From Gnetum montanum (Eukaryota > Plantae > Gnetophyta), in assembly GCA_015680685.1 (NCBI GenBank), contig MNCI01003051.1:62001-126000 (forward strand): 64,000 bases of DNA, given 5' to 3'. Under the pieces are notes generated by a model. It was not told where the DNA came from, made no database searches, and was given only the letters and a program-made list of their open reading frames with translations. This document shows positions 46,491 to 61,099 of the stretch, piece by piece. Positions within the stretch are counted from its first letter, which is position 1. Every line of letters begins with the position of its first letter. The translations under genes were made by a program, and so were the position numbers.

Positions 46491-47452
46491 AAGGTTGAAT
46501 GACCCATAGAAAATTAGATTTTCAGCTCTTTGACCCTGTCAAATATTCTCAAATTATTCTCAAATTCTGAACCGCTTGTGAGTCGCAAGTTACTCGGCTG
46601 GGCAAAAACACCATATTTGGTTGTTTTAATTTCTTTGTTTGCTAAATTTAACAAACTGTAGCGCATTATTTCTGATCACCACCTAACTAAGCAGGCTTCG
46701 ATATTTAATTTGCTTCCCTACTCATGAGACAAATGTGTTGGACATCGAACAATGTTCACAACTTATTCACACCGTATGGTTCTGCCATACATAAAACTTG
46801 ATGCTGTTTTCTCTGCGATACATTTATGTTATTCCATGTTTATTTTCGAGGGCAAAGGCCAGTATTTTATCACGTTCTTATATCACATCATTCTACAAAT
46901 GTTCTTAATTTCTTATATTTTTTCAGGTTATTTGAATTGATATCAGTAGTATATGCTACCGTCTTCTATAAAAAAAAGTTTATTTAGACTTGTTGATGTA
47001 TTCAAATGCAGAAATTTTGCTGCCGGTGTCATATACGTTGTAAAACACTAAGAATTCTCAAATTTACTTTTTAAGATTTTTATCTTTACCTGAACCAGTT
47101 TGTCACTACGACAATATAGGATCATGACATTTTTAGATCCTCATGTCTCTTCAACCTTGGAAAAATGCATAAATGTCCATCCATAAGTTTCATCATCCAG
47201 AGGCTCAATGCTTATCTAAGGATCATCACTTCAATGTTCATTCCACCAAGGCCAAATGGTGGAAGGGTGGTGGATGAGCCAAAGCCTAACCTCTTTAGAG
47301 TAGTTTTACTCAAGCTTTAACCCAAGTCTTACCACTTGAGAAATAAGCACCTTATCATCGCTAACTAGTAGAGCCATGTAGCTTCAAGTTATTTTTGAAT
47401 AGATGAGTTATGATATATCTATGAAGATAAAAAAATGCTTGTATATAATAAT

Positions 47453-47630
47453 GAGATGTTAGCCTAGTGGTAAGACTTTGATTTGAAAGCTCTAAGTCAT
47501 GGGTTCAATTCTATTGGGCAATTCTACGTTCTAAAGTTATAATATAAAGTTCTAATTGGACTATATATCTTTGGGTGTACTTATATTACAATTATTTTGG
47601 GTGCCTCCACTCCAAAAAAAGAAAAAAAAA
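47453..47630 (+). mobile_element. tRNA-derived SINE (decayed)
   Basis: A box TAGCCTAGTGG (47460-47470), B box GGTTCAATTC (47502-47511), ~100 bp tRNA-unrelated body, A-rich tail at 47614-47630. Confidence 0.65.
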
Positions 47631-50600
47631 GTTTGTCAAATTGTTTGGATTAGAATAGTAAGCATTTTCTCTAGGCTATGGTAGTTCATAGTATCTTGGA
47701 CTTTCTTCTTTGGCAAAATGTTGTGTATAATGTTTCTTGCTTAATTGTAGCTTTTTAATTCCCAGTACTTTTATCTTATGCCATGATTATTATTGTTTTG
47801 CTTTTAAAGTAGTATTCAAAGGACAACGGTCATAGCATTAACTGAATATATTTTAATGCATTTTTATCATCTACAGAATATATTTATGTCGCAACATTTT
47901 CCTTTTGCATTGCTACCTTTTTTTTACTAATCACATGATTCTTTTTATTTTTAGAAAGTAAAAATAAGATTTTGATTATGCTAACACTAAAATCCTTGGA
48001 CTACACTAATTAAATACATGGAGCTTTAAAAATCAAGTGACATTATCAATATTCTATTACCATATGTTTTTGTGAATTATTTTTCGTCCAAAATTTCATT
48101 ATTTTTTACAAAATTGTTTTGTATGACTCTTTGATACATTTAACATGATCAATATGTTTACATTTTTTTGTTTTTTTGTTTTTCTTAGTTTGTAATTAGA
48201 TTTTTCTTTATTATCAATTTCTCATGAAAGTTATCTAAGGCTTTTTGTTTTTTTGTTTTTCTTAGTTTGTAATTAGATTTTTCTTTATTATCAATTTCTC
48301 ATGAAAGTTATCTAAGGCTTTATGTTTGCTTTTTTCTACTAATATTCCACTAATGATGTATATAAGTCATTGGTTCATTCAAATTTTGGGCTACCTTTCT
48401 CATAATTGAAGTTTTGCTTTGTAGTAATGTAAAAATGGGATATTAAAGTCATTTATGCCAATTATTATTCTCGTTTCATTTTTTCTATTGTTGAGTTTTC
48501 ATTTTTTCTATTGTTGAGTTAGGCAATGCTTCAATGGTGCATGGTACCTTAGATATAGGATCATTTATATGTACTCATGCACTCTTGATTATTTATAACT
48601 GTACTCTAGATTTTGATATCAACTATGAAGAGTATTCTAAAGTTGTTAAAGTTATTTAATTTTTCACTTATTTTTTATAAAGCTTAGCAAAATATTGGTA
48701 GTCTGAATCTATTTCTATACCATTTGATTCTCATAGACATTGTTTCGGTAAATTTTTAACTGTAACAAGAAATTGATATTTCAAGTAGGTAAGAAGATTT
48801 ATATTTAGCCAATCATATTTCATAATATTCCTAATTGTTGCAACTTTCTTAAGTGTGATGAAGGACATTTGTTTAATGCTTGTCCTTTTCTAGTTAAGAA
48901 AAAAGATGTTGAGAAAAAAAAATGTGTTGAAGTTGAGGATAGGGAAAAAAAATGAAATTGAAGATACCAAAAATGAAGTTACTATCAATGATAAGAATGA
49001 TCAAAGGGCAATGAAGAAGTTAAACAAACTTTTATGAATATTTTTTAGAAAAAGTAATGATCACTACAATTAGGCAACCTATAATGAAAACTTTTCCTCA
49101 TCTAACAAAAATATTGTTAACTTAAGATTAAAATTTATATTTAAAAGTCCCCTAACATTAATGGCAAATAGTCTTAATGCATGTCAACTGTGATGGACAA
49201 GTTATGCTATTATTTCTTATTGGATTTTCCTCTTACAAAAGTTGGCATTTCACTAAACCTTTCTATTGCTACCTTAAATTCTTTTGCTATTTTAATTTTA
49301 AGCACCAAGATTAAAAGTCATGCAAATGTTGTTGGGCTAGTTTATTTTGTCTACCAATGATTAATTTTCTTATCTTGCTTTTTCAGATATTTTACAATTC
49401 TAAATTTGTACACTTGAATAGATGTCTAAAATATGGCACTTTTTTACTTTCCATTATTCTTGTTTGCTACTTGATTTTAAGACATGATATACTTTAAATT
49501 TTTTTATTATTAATATTATTTTTGAGGTTTAACAATTTTCCTAATTTTGTACTTTTTTTTCTATTTTGTACATTAGTTTATTTTCTTGGTTGTTACTTTA
49601 TTGTCATTCTTTAAATCATTTTTTCTTGTTTTGCATGGCATGTTGCAATTCACTACTATATCTTTGGGATGTATTTTTTGTCTTTTTATTTAACCTAAAA
49701 CATTCTTTTTAATTTTCTGAATGCAACTTTCTATTTGTCCCAATCCAAATTTCAGGTACTTTCTTAAATTTGATGATTAATTTTACTTATTAAATTCAAC
49801 CTACTTTTAACAATTTTAGCTTAGTATTAGTTTTTTCTACCATCGCCATTTAAAATTTTTAACAGTATTTTTCCGTTAGAGATGGAGCCCTAGTGTATCT
49901 CGAGTACAACCCATAGAAGTGCAAAAGGTCCAAAGTCTTAAGGGCATTGCAAAATAATAAAGTTGTACAACCCATAGAAGCGCAAAAGGTCCAAGGGCAT
50001 TGCAAAATAATAAAGTTTTTTTTTTTTTTGCAAAGATGAGAAGGATTTTAATATCTCCTTGTAATTCTCAAAGCTCATTGGTTTGGTAAATATAACCACT
50101 TATATTTCTTTGCACAAAGAGAAAAGTTTACTTTATCACACCATGCATATTAATTTAGGTTCAAATATTTCTTCCTTAGGAAAAGAAAGTGAATTATTTT
50201 TTTTAACTTTATTCTTAGATATTTATGAAGATTCTAAAATTAAGATTTAAGTATGAATGTAGATTTTGTTGTGTTGGAAAATGTTTTAAAAAGATATCAT
50301 GCATTTTGCATTAGTTTATATTTTATATTTATGCCTAGTTATTTGGATCTAAAATTAATTTTTTATACATAAAAATATATTTCTTATGGTTTGGTAGAAT
50401 TGCTTTGTATATGGAATATTGTGTAATTTTTTGTTTATAAAAATGCTCATAAATTGATAGTTTTTATTACATATAAAGGGATTCAAAATATTGATGTTAG
50501 GTTGGAAAAGGAAATAAAACTTTGTACCTTAGGCAATGGGAAGAGAGTTTTAGTTAGTATGTTTTAGTTTTAGATCACTGTGTTTTAATTTTAGATTAGT

Positions 50601-51295
50601 ATTTTTGATTAAGTTGAAGTTAAAATCTTATGATTAAAATCTAACATGAAAATGGTTTATAGAACTTTATTATTTAAAAGAAGGATACATTTTGGAAGTA
50701 CTTGAAATTAGTATTATATGTATGGTAAATGATAGGTTCATAAATATGTTTTAAATTTGTAAGAACTTAGATGTTATTATTTTTTATTTATATAATTTTA
50801 TGTTTTTAATATTTAGAATTTAAACATTTAGTGATGATGAGGTATCCCATGGCAATTTGTAAATCCTTTGTAAGTCCTAGATTTGGCAAGTGATTCACAT
50901 GCCCTATGTTTGTTGTCTAGCTTGTTAGGGTAAGGTTCTTGGTCTCTCGAGATGCATCTTTGCCCCTTATGTCTCTCGAGCTTGTTAGGGTAAGGTTTTA
51001 GGGTAAGGTTCTTGGTCTCTTGAGATGCATCTTTGCCCCTTATGTCTCTTGAGCTTGTTAGGGTAAGGCTATGTGAATGATTCCAAGCTCTTTAGGATGA
51101 TTTTGGGTTCATTTAGATGTCTTTCGGTCCTTCTAGCATGCCTCCTTAGATTTTAACTTTCATTAGGATCCAATGTGTAGGGGTGAAGTGTTGACTACCT
51201 TGTGTCAATGTAGGGGCATTGATGCACTCCCTCCTAGCCTAGTTTGGCCTTCTGTGCTTTTCGTGTGACTAGGATCAGTTTAGGTTGCTTTAACA

Positions 51296-51852
51296 GATGA
51301 GTTCTTAGACACATCATAAGCATAAGCATAAAATTATAAAATACAAAATTATGAGATTTTTTTGTTACAATCTATTTTAGATTCATTAAATGCAATGATA
51401 TACATGTGTATTCTTGGCAATTCACATAACATTTTCTTTGAAGCTTAACACATGAGTTCTTAGACACATCATAAGCATAAGCATAAAATTATAAAATACA
51501 AAATTATAAGATTTTTTTCATGTGTTACAATCTATTTTAGATTCATTAAATGCAATGATATACATGTGTATTCTTGGCAATTCACATAACATTTTCTTTG
51601 AAGCTTACAACTGAATTGCATTGTGTTTTGTATGATAAATTTCATTGGTCCAAAACTTGCAAGATCCATATCATTGGTGCTTTTACTAGAGAAGGTATTG
51701 GTGAATTATTTGAAAATACTTGTACATTCACAATTTTCGTGTTTTGTATGATAAATTTCATTGGTCCAAAACTTGCAAGATCCATATCATTGGTGCTTTT
51801 ACTAGAGAAGGTATTGGTGAATTATTTGAAAATACTTGTACATTCACAATTT
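51296..51852. repeat. Two adjacent tandem duplications (~155 bp x2 and ~122 bp x2)
   Basis: 'atgagttcttagacacatc...tttgaagctta' occurs twice; 'gtgttttgtatgataaatttc...cattcacaatttt' occurs twice. Confidence 0.85.
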
Positions 51853-52769
51853 TCTTTTTTGAGTTGATTTTATAGAAAATAAACCATCAAAGTAACCATG
51901 GTTGAATTGAATAGTGAAAATAGATTGAAGTAAAAACGTTAGTTGGTCCAAATAACTTTCAAAAACATGGTGAATGAACCAACACCTCCTATTGTGATAA
52001 AATTTCATCATGATGCACATAAACAATTTTGCAAAGAACCTAGAAAATTTTCTCCTTTCGCCTTTGAAGAGGCTTTATCCAATCAAGGCTTCATCAAGTA
52101 TTTGGCACATTATGAACCCATATCATCCAAATAATCATAGTATGCTACTTATGAAAATTATGAGTTTCGTAATATGATGACGAAGTAGGAGTATGAGTGC
52201 ATAGATGCTACGAAGTAGATTGGACCTTCTCTTTGATACTTTCATTGCTACATCATGAATAATTCTAGGAGAAGCAAGTTTATGCATTTTTTTGTCTAAG
52301 AGCTATACTTCTTGTGATTTGAAGCACCTCATTATTCTTCCCACCTTAATGCATTGAGGAAAGAATAATAAAAAAGGTTGATATGAATGACATTTCCACG
52401 TTTAGTGGGCAATTGAATGATGATTCATAGCTTCATGTCCAAACATTTGTTAGTCCACCTTTTTCCCACACACTCATTCATACTAAAATATGGTGTCAAT
52501 CTCACCCACCCAATTTCATCTCTTCTTGGGTAGTCATGTTAAAAGCTTTCAATGTTAGATTTTAGTCTTATGTCCAAGTTGCAAACCTTAAGTGTTTGAA
52601 TTTTTGCTATATTGTTGCAATACTAATTTTTAGGAAGATCAACCTCAAATTCTAAGTATGAGAGAATTTTATTTACCTAGAGTATGTGTAGGAGGCATTT
52701 GGCCATGTAATAAATTCTACTTCATAAGTGAATAAGTTGATGCATAAGAAGAGCTCATGATGTAGATTT

Positions 52770-53700
52770 TTTGTCATCATTGTCTCCTACCCAATCAACA
52801 TTTGAATATGGATGAAGCTTATTATCTCCTTTACTAAATTACATCCTAAAGTTGCAAGTTTTTCTACAAGTTTTTCTACATGCTTGAGGAGATACGCAAG
52901 TGCTTGCATGTGAGATTGTCTTAGCTCTTGCATGAATCTACATAGGTATGATATTGCATATTCTAAATCTGGTCTAGTGTGGTAGAGAAATCAAAGTAAT
53001 CCAATAATGGTTCTATACATGGTTGCATTTATGAAAGGAGTTTTGTCTTTCCTGTTTAACTTTAAACTATATGGAAAAGAACTATTGACTAGCTTCTCAT
53101 TCTTTACATTGTGTTTTTCAATGATGAAATTTGTGTATTTCGTTTGATGAATTTTCATGCTCTCCTTATCTTCATTTACTTCAATTCCTATGAAGTATTT
53201 GAGTTCTCCAAGGTTCTCATTTTGAATTTAGTTTTCATGTCATTCTTGAAATTTGTTGCTAGCCTTTTATTAATGGCAATAAAGATAATTTCATCTACTT
53301 ATAGTGATATGATGATGAAATTATATCCTTCATTCTTGAAATAGTTTTGGTTCAAACATGGAATTTTGATAATTCTTTCCAATGAGATATTATTAGTTCT
53401 CTAGATCATGCCATGAGTGCTTGCTTCAAGTCATAAATCTTTGTTGAGTTTGCATACTTTTTTCTCTTTTCTTTTGATAATATAACCGTTGGGCTAGTAG
53501 ATATTTACTTCTTCTTTGATGTATCCATTTATAAACACTCATTTGACATCCATTTATTGAATCCTTAGATCTTTATGTGTTAGTATAAAGAGAATGAGCT
53601 TGATGGTTTCAAATCTAGCCATTGGTGCACCTCCTCTTGCATATGAATATCCTAACTACCATCTTCAACTAGTGTATTTTGAGGATTAAGAACAAGAGGA
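52770..53700 (-). mobile_element. Ty1/Copia RT-RNase H remnant
   Basis: Minus strand 'MDVK*VFINGYIKEEV', 'YDLKQALMAW' (YGLKQAPRAW), 'ISL*VDE' (LYVDD), 'TRPDLEYA', 'YSNVDWVGD..DKKST'. Confidence 0.85.
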
Positions 53701-55974
53701 GTATTGGTAAGATTTTAGCTTCATTTGCTCTTTTTTTGTGCATCACAGTAGCACATAATTCATGAACAACAAATCATGATCATGAATCTGCACTAGTTTT
53801 AAATTGCAAACCATAGCTCTGTATCCTAGAGTAGATCCAAGATGAACTACACCTCAACAGTCATAGCACCTACACACATAGCATAAGCATAGAACACAAG
53901 TTAGTCCATGGGTTAGAAGCATAGTAACTATGCTCCATGAAATCATATAAGTGACGTGACAAACATAACACACACACACATACACACACAACCATCTATG
54001 ACCAAAATAAGCATGAGTAATCACACAAAAGACATTGTTCTCCTAAAAGAGCTAAGAGATGTTTCTACTCGAATATATCTAATTCTAAATCTTTGAGTTC
54101 AGCAAAATGTACCGGTTGTTCATTCCAAAAGCTCTTGGCAAGGTCGGTCTTCGTCCAATCACCATCCCCCACCTTCGTCCAATCACCATCCCCCACCTCT
54201 TCCTGAGAGCCAAGTTTCGGGCCCGTCAGCCATTATAAGTTCTTTATCACTTGTACATGTTATATTGTTCTCGAGCGTTATGATAGTAAACTTGTATTAA
54301 GATGTATTGCTAGAAGATCTCCTTCTTGACGTGCAATACACACCTTTTGTTTTGCATTAGAGGCTTTGAAGAAAAGGGTGATGGCCTAAGCATTAAAGTC
54401 AAAGCTCCTCTACTAAGCTACATATCCTTATGACATAGTACAAAAAGGAATTAATGTCAATGTAGTTCTTGGTAATGGTTGTAACAATAGTGAACTCATA
54501 AGGATATCCACAGTCCTCATGTCCCTATTTTATAGGAAAACATACTTCAATCCACCAACAAGGCATGTGTCGTGTGACACTGTAATGGATGAGGGTGAGC
54601 CAGCATAGCCTGCAAGTGTCGTGTGACACTGTAATGGATGAGGGTGAGCAACAATAGTTGTAGGATGACAAGTAGCATTGCATGTTACTAGTAGTAATGG
54701 CCTCAGGCTATAGTTGTGTGACACCTCATAAGGTTGCATAACCCTATGTAGTGTTCTATAATCCAGTGTAGGATTACGGCTCCATATGGGGTTACACGGT
54801 CCCTTAGGGTGCTAGCACAATCCTTATGTACTAGTGTGGCTTCTTGGGCTATGCATCCAATAATTTTTTTTAATTATTATTTTTATTTTAGTTTTTTAAT
54901 TTTTTAATTTAAAATATCATACACACACATACCAAGTAGGTTGGCATGGTAACTAGCTAAGTAGGTCTAGTTACGTTTAGTGGTTTAGAGGTTATAGATT
55001 CAATTTCTCTTCCCTCCCTCCCAAAATTTTGAAACTAAAATTTTATTGTATTTTTAACTTTATAAAATTTTTTAATTTAATTTAATTTTAAGCATGCTTC
55101 ACAAAAAAATTCAAACTTCGCTATCTTCCAAACTATAAGTCCAATCAAGTAAAAATTTATAACATTGGAATCATCTCATCAAACACTACATATTGGATGT
55201 GGTTTTAGGGTTCAAAATCTAGGTTAAATTTTTATGAATTTGAAGGATTAAAATGACATAATTTTTATTGAATTAACATGTGTAATATGGCCAATGTGAA
55301 TAATTAAGACTCTTAAGAAATATACTTTGATTATTACATGATGGAAGATTCTACTAATTGGATAAGGATTATGAAACTTGGATTAATTGGCTCTAAGGAG
55401 AAGGTTAACAAGGTAGAACATCATGAAGTTATCTAATGAGTATGAATTACCCTATTAATCAATTAGTAAGATCTCTAAATTAGTAAGTCACAAGGATCTC
55501 TAGACAACTTGATTTTCTTATGTTCCTCAATTATTTGGATAAGGTATGCAATATCAAGTTATAGGGATTTTTGTTTAGGGATAGTAATATTCATAGCAAG
55601 ATAGAGTCTTAGAATACCTTGACTATGGGTTACTAGCCTCATAGCCAAGACACAACCCTTAGACAAGTAAGAAAAAATTCTAATATTATGACAAGATGGG
55701 TAAGAGTTACCTTGAATAAAGTTACTCTTATCTTACTAGAGTTTCTTATAGTTGGTGTATCTTATTGGTGTGTAGTTAGGGCTCTTTAAACATGCCAAGA
55801 AAGCATCTAACAATGACTCATGATTCTCCTTGGATCATGGCTCATGGTTCATCATTAGATTATACGTTCCATTCTAAATGTTATGGTTAGTCACCATTCT
55901 AAATGTTATGGCAAATATCAGATATACGTCACAATCAACATTATGTGTAACAAGCATTGCAAGAAAAATGTGGA

Positions 55975-56300
55975 AGAAAATAGAAAGAAAGATTTATTAA
56001 TATGGAGTAGTGTATCTAGATTATGCTCTAAGGGTTTCTTCACGTTATCTTCCTTCAACATCTATTCCTTGGAGGCAATCTAACATTGCCATCATGGTTA
56101 GGCTTGTAATCAACTAGAAGGGATGGTTAGTCACCTTCCTATCTTGCTTCACTTGACACTCATTACTCACATTTACTTGCTTCACACCTTCATGCTAGCA
56201 TGACCTCTAATTCCTACATATAGACACCTCAAGTTAAATCGCCAAAGATTACCTTAAGAGACATGCCCTTTTAGGCCCTATTGCATCATTTGTTATGGAG
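55975..56300. repeat. Dispersed repeat homologous to 2520-2830
   Basis: Shares the sequence blocks listed for 2520-2830. Confidence 0.6.
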
Positions 56301-59300
56301 CAAGATCATCTCTATTATATAACACCACCAGTTTGAAATGGGGATGTCATAGAAGATGTTACACCAACTAAACTCCAAGTTTTCAAAAGCTTAATCATCA
56401 TGAACACCAATAAAAGTAGTTGGTCATAATTATTAACACACCTCAAGTAGGTACCCATAATTATATTATGTATCACATCTTTTATAATAAAAGAAGTAAA
56501 AAGTAGTATTATTTTCAATTCCCATGTATTCATTTATTGATGAAATCATGAGTGAAGGAAAGAATTTGTTTAAGTATGTTACAATGTATTATCATAACTA
56601 GCTAGCATAAGGATACATGTTTGCTTATTAAATTATCAACTAATAAATAAATGAAGTTAGAAAAATAATATTTGAAGGGGAATGTTAGATCTTAATCTTG
56701 TTGAACATTATTCAATCACTAGTTTTGTAAATCAGTTGGACCAAAAGCTATTAATTGTAAACATGAAACATCATACTTGATAGTTTATAAAATTGATATG
56801 TGAACATGATGACAAACCATATAAGTCCATAAGAATAGATCTAAATATATTGTATGTAGATGTCTATCAAGGAAACAAATGCAAGTATGAAGTAAAGAAA
56901 AAAGGCTAAAGGTATTAATTTAGGGACTTATGAAAAAAAGAAATTATAAGAGAGAATGTATAAAATACGGATTCAAGTGTCTAAAGAGAAGAGAAGGTTT
57001 AAAGTAAACAATAAAAGTGTGTAGAAATCCAACTGAAAATAGAAAAGTAAACTATATAAGAATATGGATAGAAAATCCACGAAAAAAACAATCTATGATG
57101 CAATGTAAAAGTTTGACAATTTAAAGATAGAATATGATTGATGTAGTAGTCAATATAGTGTGAATGAAAATAAAGTTGGTAAATAAAGACATAATTACAA
57201 GTTCAAATAAATTTAGTCTTACACATAAATACCTATAAGGAAAATGTGAATCTATGATGAGACTTACAAATGTTGTACTACTTACAAATTATTATTTTAC
57301 TAAAAATATGTTATAATATTAATTCCTTAATTACAAGATTATTAGCAAATTAAATTTTTTCATGAGACTTAAAACAAAACTCTAACAACATCCAAAAACA
57401 AAATATCACATATAATATTAATTTATCACTTTCTAAACATTGTTCCAAATATCAACAATTGCAAGCAATGTAAAAACATACATTTATTGACATCACAAGA
57501 ATTCTACCTAAAATAATATCTATTAACCAGCATTCATTCTTGTTTCAATAAACCTTCAAGTGTTAAAATTTCTATTATCATGATAATTGAAAAAATACAT
57601 GAACTTTAAAAAATAAACTCACTTCAAGTAGCTTCCTTATCCGCTTGACATGTATATAAATTCATAAGCATCTAAGAATGTTTATTTTCCCATAATTAAT
57701 GCACATCATTTGGATATTTCATGTAATGATGTTTCATCCATGCATAGATTTTTTCAAATCTTATCCACATTGTGAAAGTACAAAAATTCATAAGGTTTTC
57801 TTAAATCAAGTTCAAGTCTAAGAAAATGTTCATTTTGTTTTAAAGCTAAATGAAAAACTTTCTGCATAAGAGTAATCTAATCTATAATTTATCTAAGTTT
57901 TAAAATTCCTATTTTGTAATCACTGATGACATGATACTTTTATAAAACTTTAGAAATAATTTTATAAAAAATATTACACAAAATTATAAATCTAGAGTTA
58001 GAGGTTGATAACATTATTATTGACAACTCATCACCACTACCTACATTGGAGGTGTGTCTAAGAAAATAGTTGGAGTATTTTAAAAATATGATGGTTTTTA
58101 AATTCTATAATAAGCACTTTGGCTTTTTTAAGTATCTTAAAAGAAAAAGAACATATTTCTTGATGTAATTAAAAGTAGTTTTTCATTATGAAAACAAGTA
58201 AAAACTCATTTGTTAGAGTTAAAAAACATGAAACTTTCAAAATTTTATCATTGCTTATGTTCATTATGACTTCAATGTGTCCTATTTAGTTAAAAGTTCA
58301 AGTCTAATACCTATGGGGATCCCACTTGGTGATATGAGTGATTACCCTCAAGTAATAACCGTAGTTAGTAGGAGCAATTTGCTAAATGAATAGTTAGGAT
58401 CTAGTTTCTATAGCTCATCTAAACAAATATGAAATGCTTTAGAAGGAAAGCAAGCTACCTAACATTAATCACAAAAAAAATATAAGCAATATCTAGATAA
58501 CATGAATAACTTTTTCAGGTGTGCCTTCACTCGATTACTTTATGTTCTTAATAAATTAACAGCCTATATTTCTCATGGATCTATCTTAAAGCATGTAACT
58601 TCTCACCCTCTAATGGGATAGCTAAGTTGTGTGGAATAAAGGATTTTACCAAAATTTTTCAAACATGACTATATAAGTCCATTATACATTCCTTCTTTTA
58701 GTTTTTTATTTTTTTGTGATAATGTCATTAATCTTATGTTATTTTTCAATGAGGTAATAATTGATTTATTTTTGGTATGCTTTGCTCTAGTAGAAAATTC
58801 TATTCTTTACTTTATCTCCTCTACCATCACAGTTTTAAGCATTTCATTAGAATAATGTGCAATGTTGCTAGATTTGTTACTTCATCTCCTCTACCATCAC
58901 AGTTAGTAGCGGTAGAAGCAATTCACTTGAAAGTAGTTGGAGATCAAATCTAGACAAAAATGATGAGTTTTCCAATAAACACAACCTAGACATAAGTTCT
59001 TAATGCTCACAATGATGAGCATGATGTCAACATCCAATAACCAAGATTCATGGAAGATGATTTTTCTTGAAATTAGTTAGTACAAATTGGATACAACCTC
59101 AACCCCAATGATATTTAATTGAGGCACATCCTAATCAAAATTCATAGTAGGATCACCCTAATAAAGAATATTGAAGCCAAGAGGAGTACGATTGAAACAC
59201 AAGTGCAATACAAGTGTGGAATGTTACATAGGCACTATTTGAATGCTAGTGTAGCATGAATATAAGTGTGGAATGTTACCTTAGAACTAGTCTAGTGCTA

Positions 59301-59306
59301 GTTACA

Positions 59307-59450
59307 CACTACTAAAGAAAAAAAAAACTTTTTAGCTATTTGGCTACTAGTTTGGTGGTAGTTCAATGCTAGCTTTGGAAACCAAAAATTTTTGGAACTC
59401 CCTATTCACTAGTTTAGTGATAGTTAATACTACATATAGTGAGGTAGTTG
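59307..59450 (+). mobile_element. Probable CACTA (En/Spm) terminus with subterminal repeats; partner end not found
   Basis: CACTACTAAAGAAAA followed by repeated 'actagtttRgtgRtagtt' motifs. Confidence 0.45.
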
Positions 59451-61099
59451 TGAGCTATAACTTCATTATTTCTTGAAGTTTTAAGATGATATTAGGCTCA
59501 TTGGAAAATTCTTTCAAAGGTATATTAACCTATAATATTTTATGACAATTAGATATTGTTTGATGATTAAAATTAGGCTTGAAATAATGTCATTAAATCT
59601 AACTCGTTAACTTCTATTGAATGAAAAGAGATGATTAACACATCATGATTCTCTTCAATTATAACTCAATTTGACATACTATAATAAATGATAATTGTTA
59701 ATGATGTAGATACTTGGAAATAATGATGAATTGATAAAATAGTATTGTTAAAACTTAATAATGTAAATAAATTAATAAGTTGATGAGAGATGTAATGAAA
59801 CTAAGGAGAAAATAATGAGATTGATGATGGTGATGAAATGTTGATGATAACTAATGATGAATTGATGAGGTTTGTAATGAACATTCATGAAATTAATGAT
59901 AGAATGATGACAAGAAAAACATAACTGATGGAGAATTTAGAATACTCTCTTTCTTTCTTCTTGATCATCTTATACAACATTATTTGTCCACATATTTATA
60001 GGCATTTGATGGGCCCACCATTACTAATGATGAGACAAGCCTTTTTCTAGGCCTAAAAGGCTATAGTATGAAAAAACTTGAGAGATTTGGGCAAATATTT
60101 TAATACATCTATCCATCAATCTTCCAATAAAATTAAAAATATAATATCTAGTCTATTTTGTCCTATATAGAATAAATAATCAAATGATAATTACAAGGCT
60201 TCTATTCCTATGTTATATAAAAAACTAAATTTTCATGTATTATCCTCATGTATTCATAAAAGTTGGCTTCTTTTATCATACTACTCTTTCTAATATAAAT
60301 GTAGCCTTCTATGAATTTGATTTTTGGTATTTAATGCATGTTTTTTCTTCTAAATTTATTTCCACAGCATGATCAATGAATGATGGTAAAATGTAAGAAC
60401 CAAAGAGCATACTAAAATCAATAAGAAGCTTCTCATGCACACTATCTTTTAAGTTCATTTATGCTATTACAATTTATTGATTCAACAATGATTTCTAAAA
60501 CTTTAAATATTGATATTTTTAATCATCATTATGCTTTATTACTTATTCAAAAGTAGACTCCTCAATTTATATCCCTTGAATATTAAAGTGTTTATTATTT
60601 TGCTAACTTATCAAATCTATTTTGATTTTTGAAAAAATTAAAAAAGATATTATCTCTTAAATTAGAATAATCAAGCATTCTAAATCCTAGATATAATTAG
60701 CATTTCAATACGACTCAATATGTATGAGGTGGATCTTAACTTTCTTAAGTACAAAATTCTTTTCTATGCTAGAAAAATCGATTATGTACAGTCATTGTAA
60801 TATTATAATCTTCCAAAGGCATGTCACTATTACCATCAAGAGGATAATATATTTAATCCATGCCTCAAAAAAAGGCAATGCAATCATTTCTATAATAAGT
60901 TATTGCAAATTCTACTAAGTTTGCGTTTGTTCAATAGTTAACCCTTCATATTCTTTTACTACTACTTGGCAAAATATGCCTTCAAGAAAAGTTCCAATCA
61001 ATTTAGTTTTAAAGAACTATTTAATGATTGAGAGAAAATAGGTATACATTTCTGCAACTTCATAGAAAACTATTATTAACTCAAATGGTTTTCAAATAA

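Noticed and set aside
47453-47525. Functional tRNA gene
   Set aside because: Acceptor and anticodon stems do not pair properly; the following body and A tail fit a SINE better.
56300-58300. Possible DNA-transposon transposase remnants (also 51850-52660)
   Set aside because: Too decayed to identify diagnostic motifs by eye.
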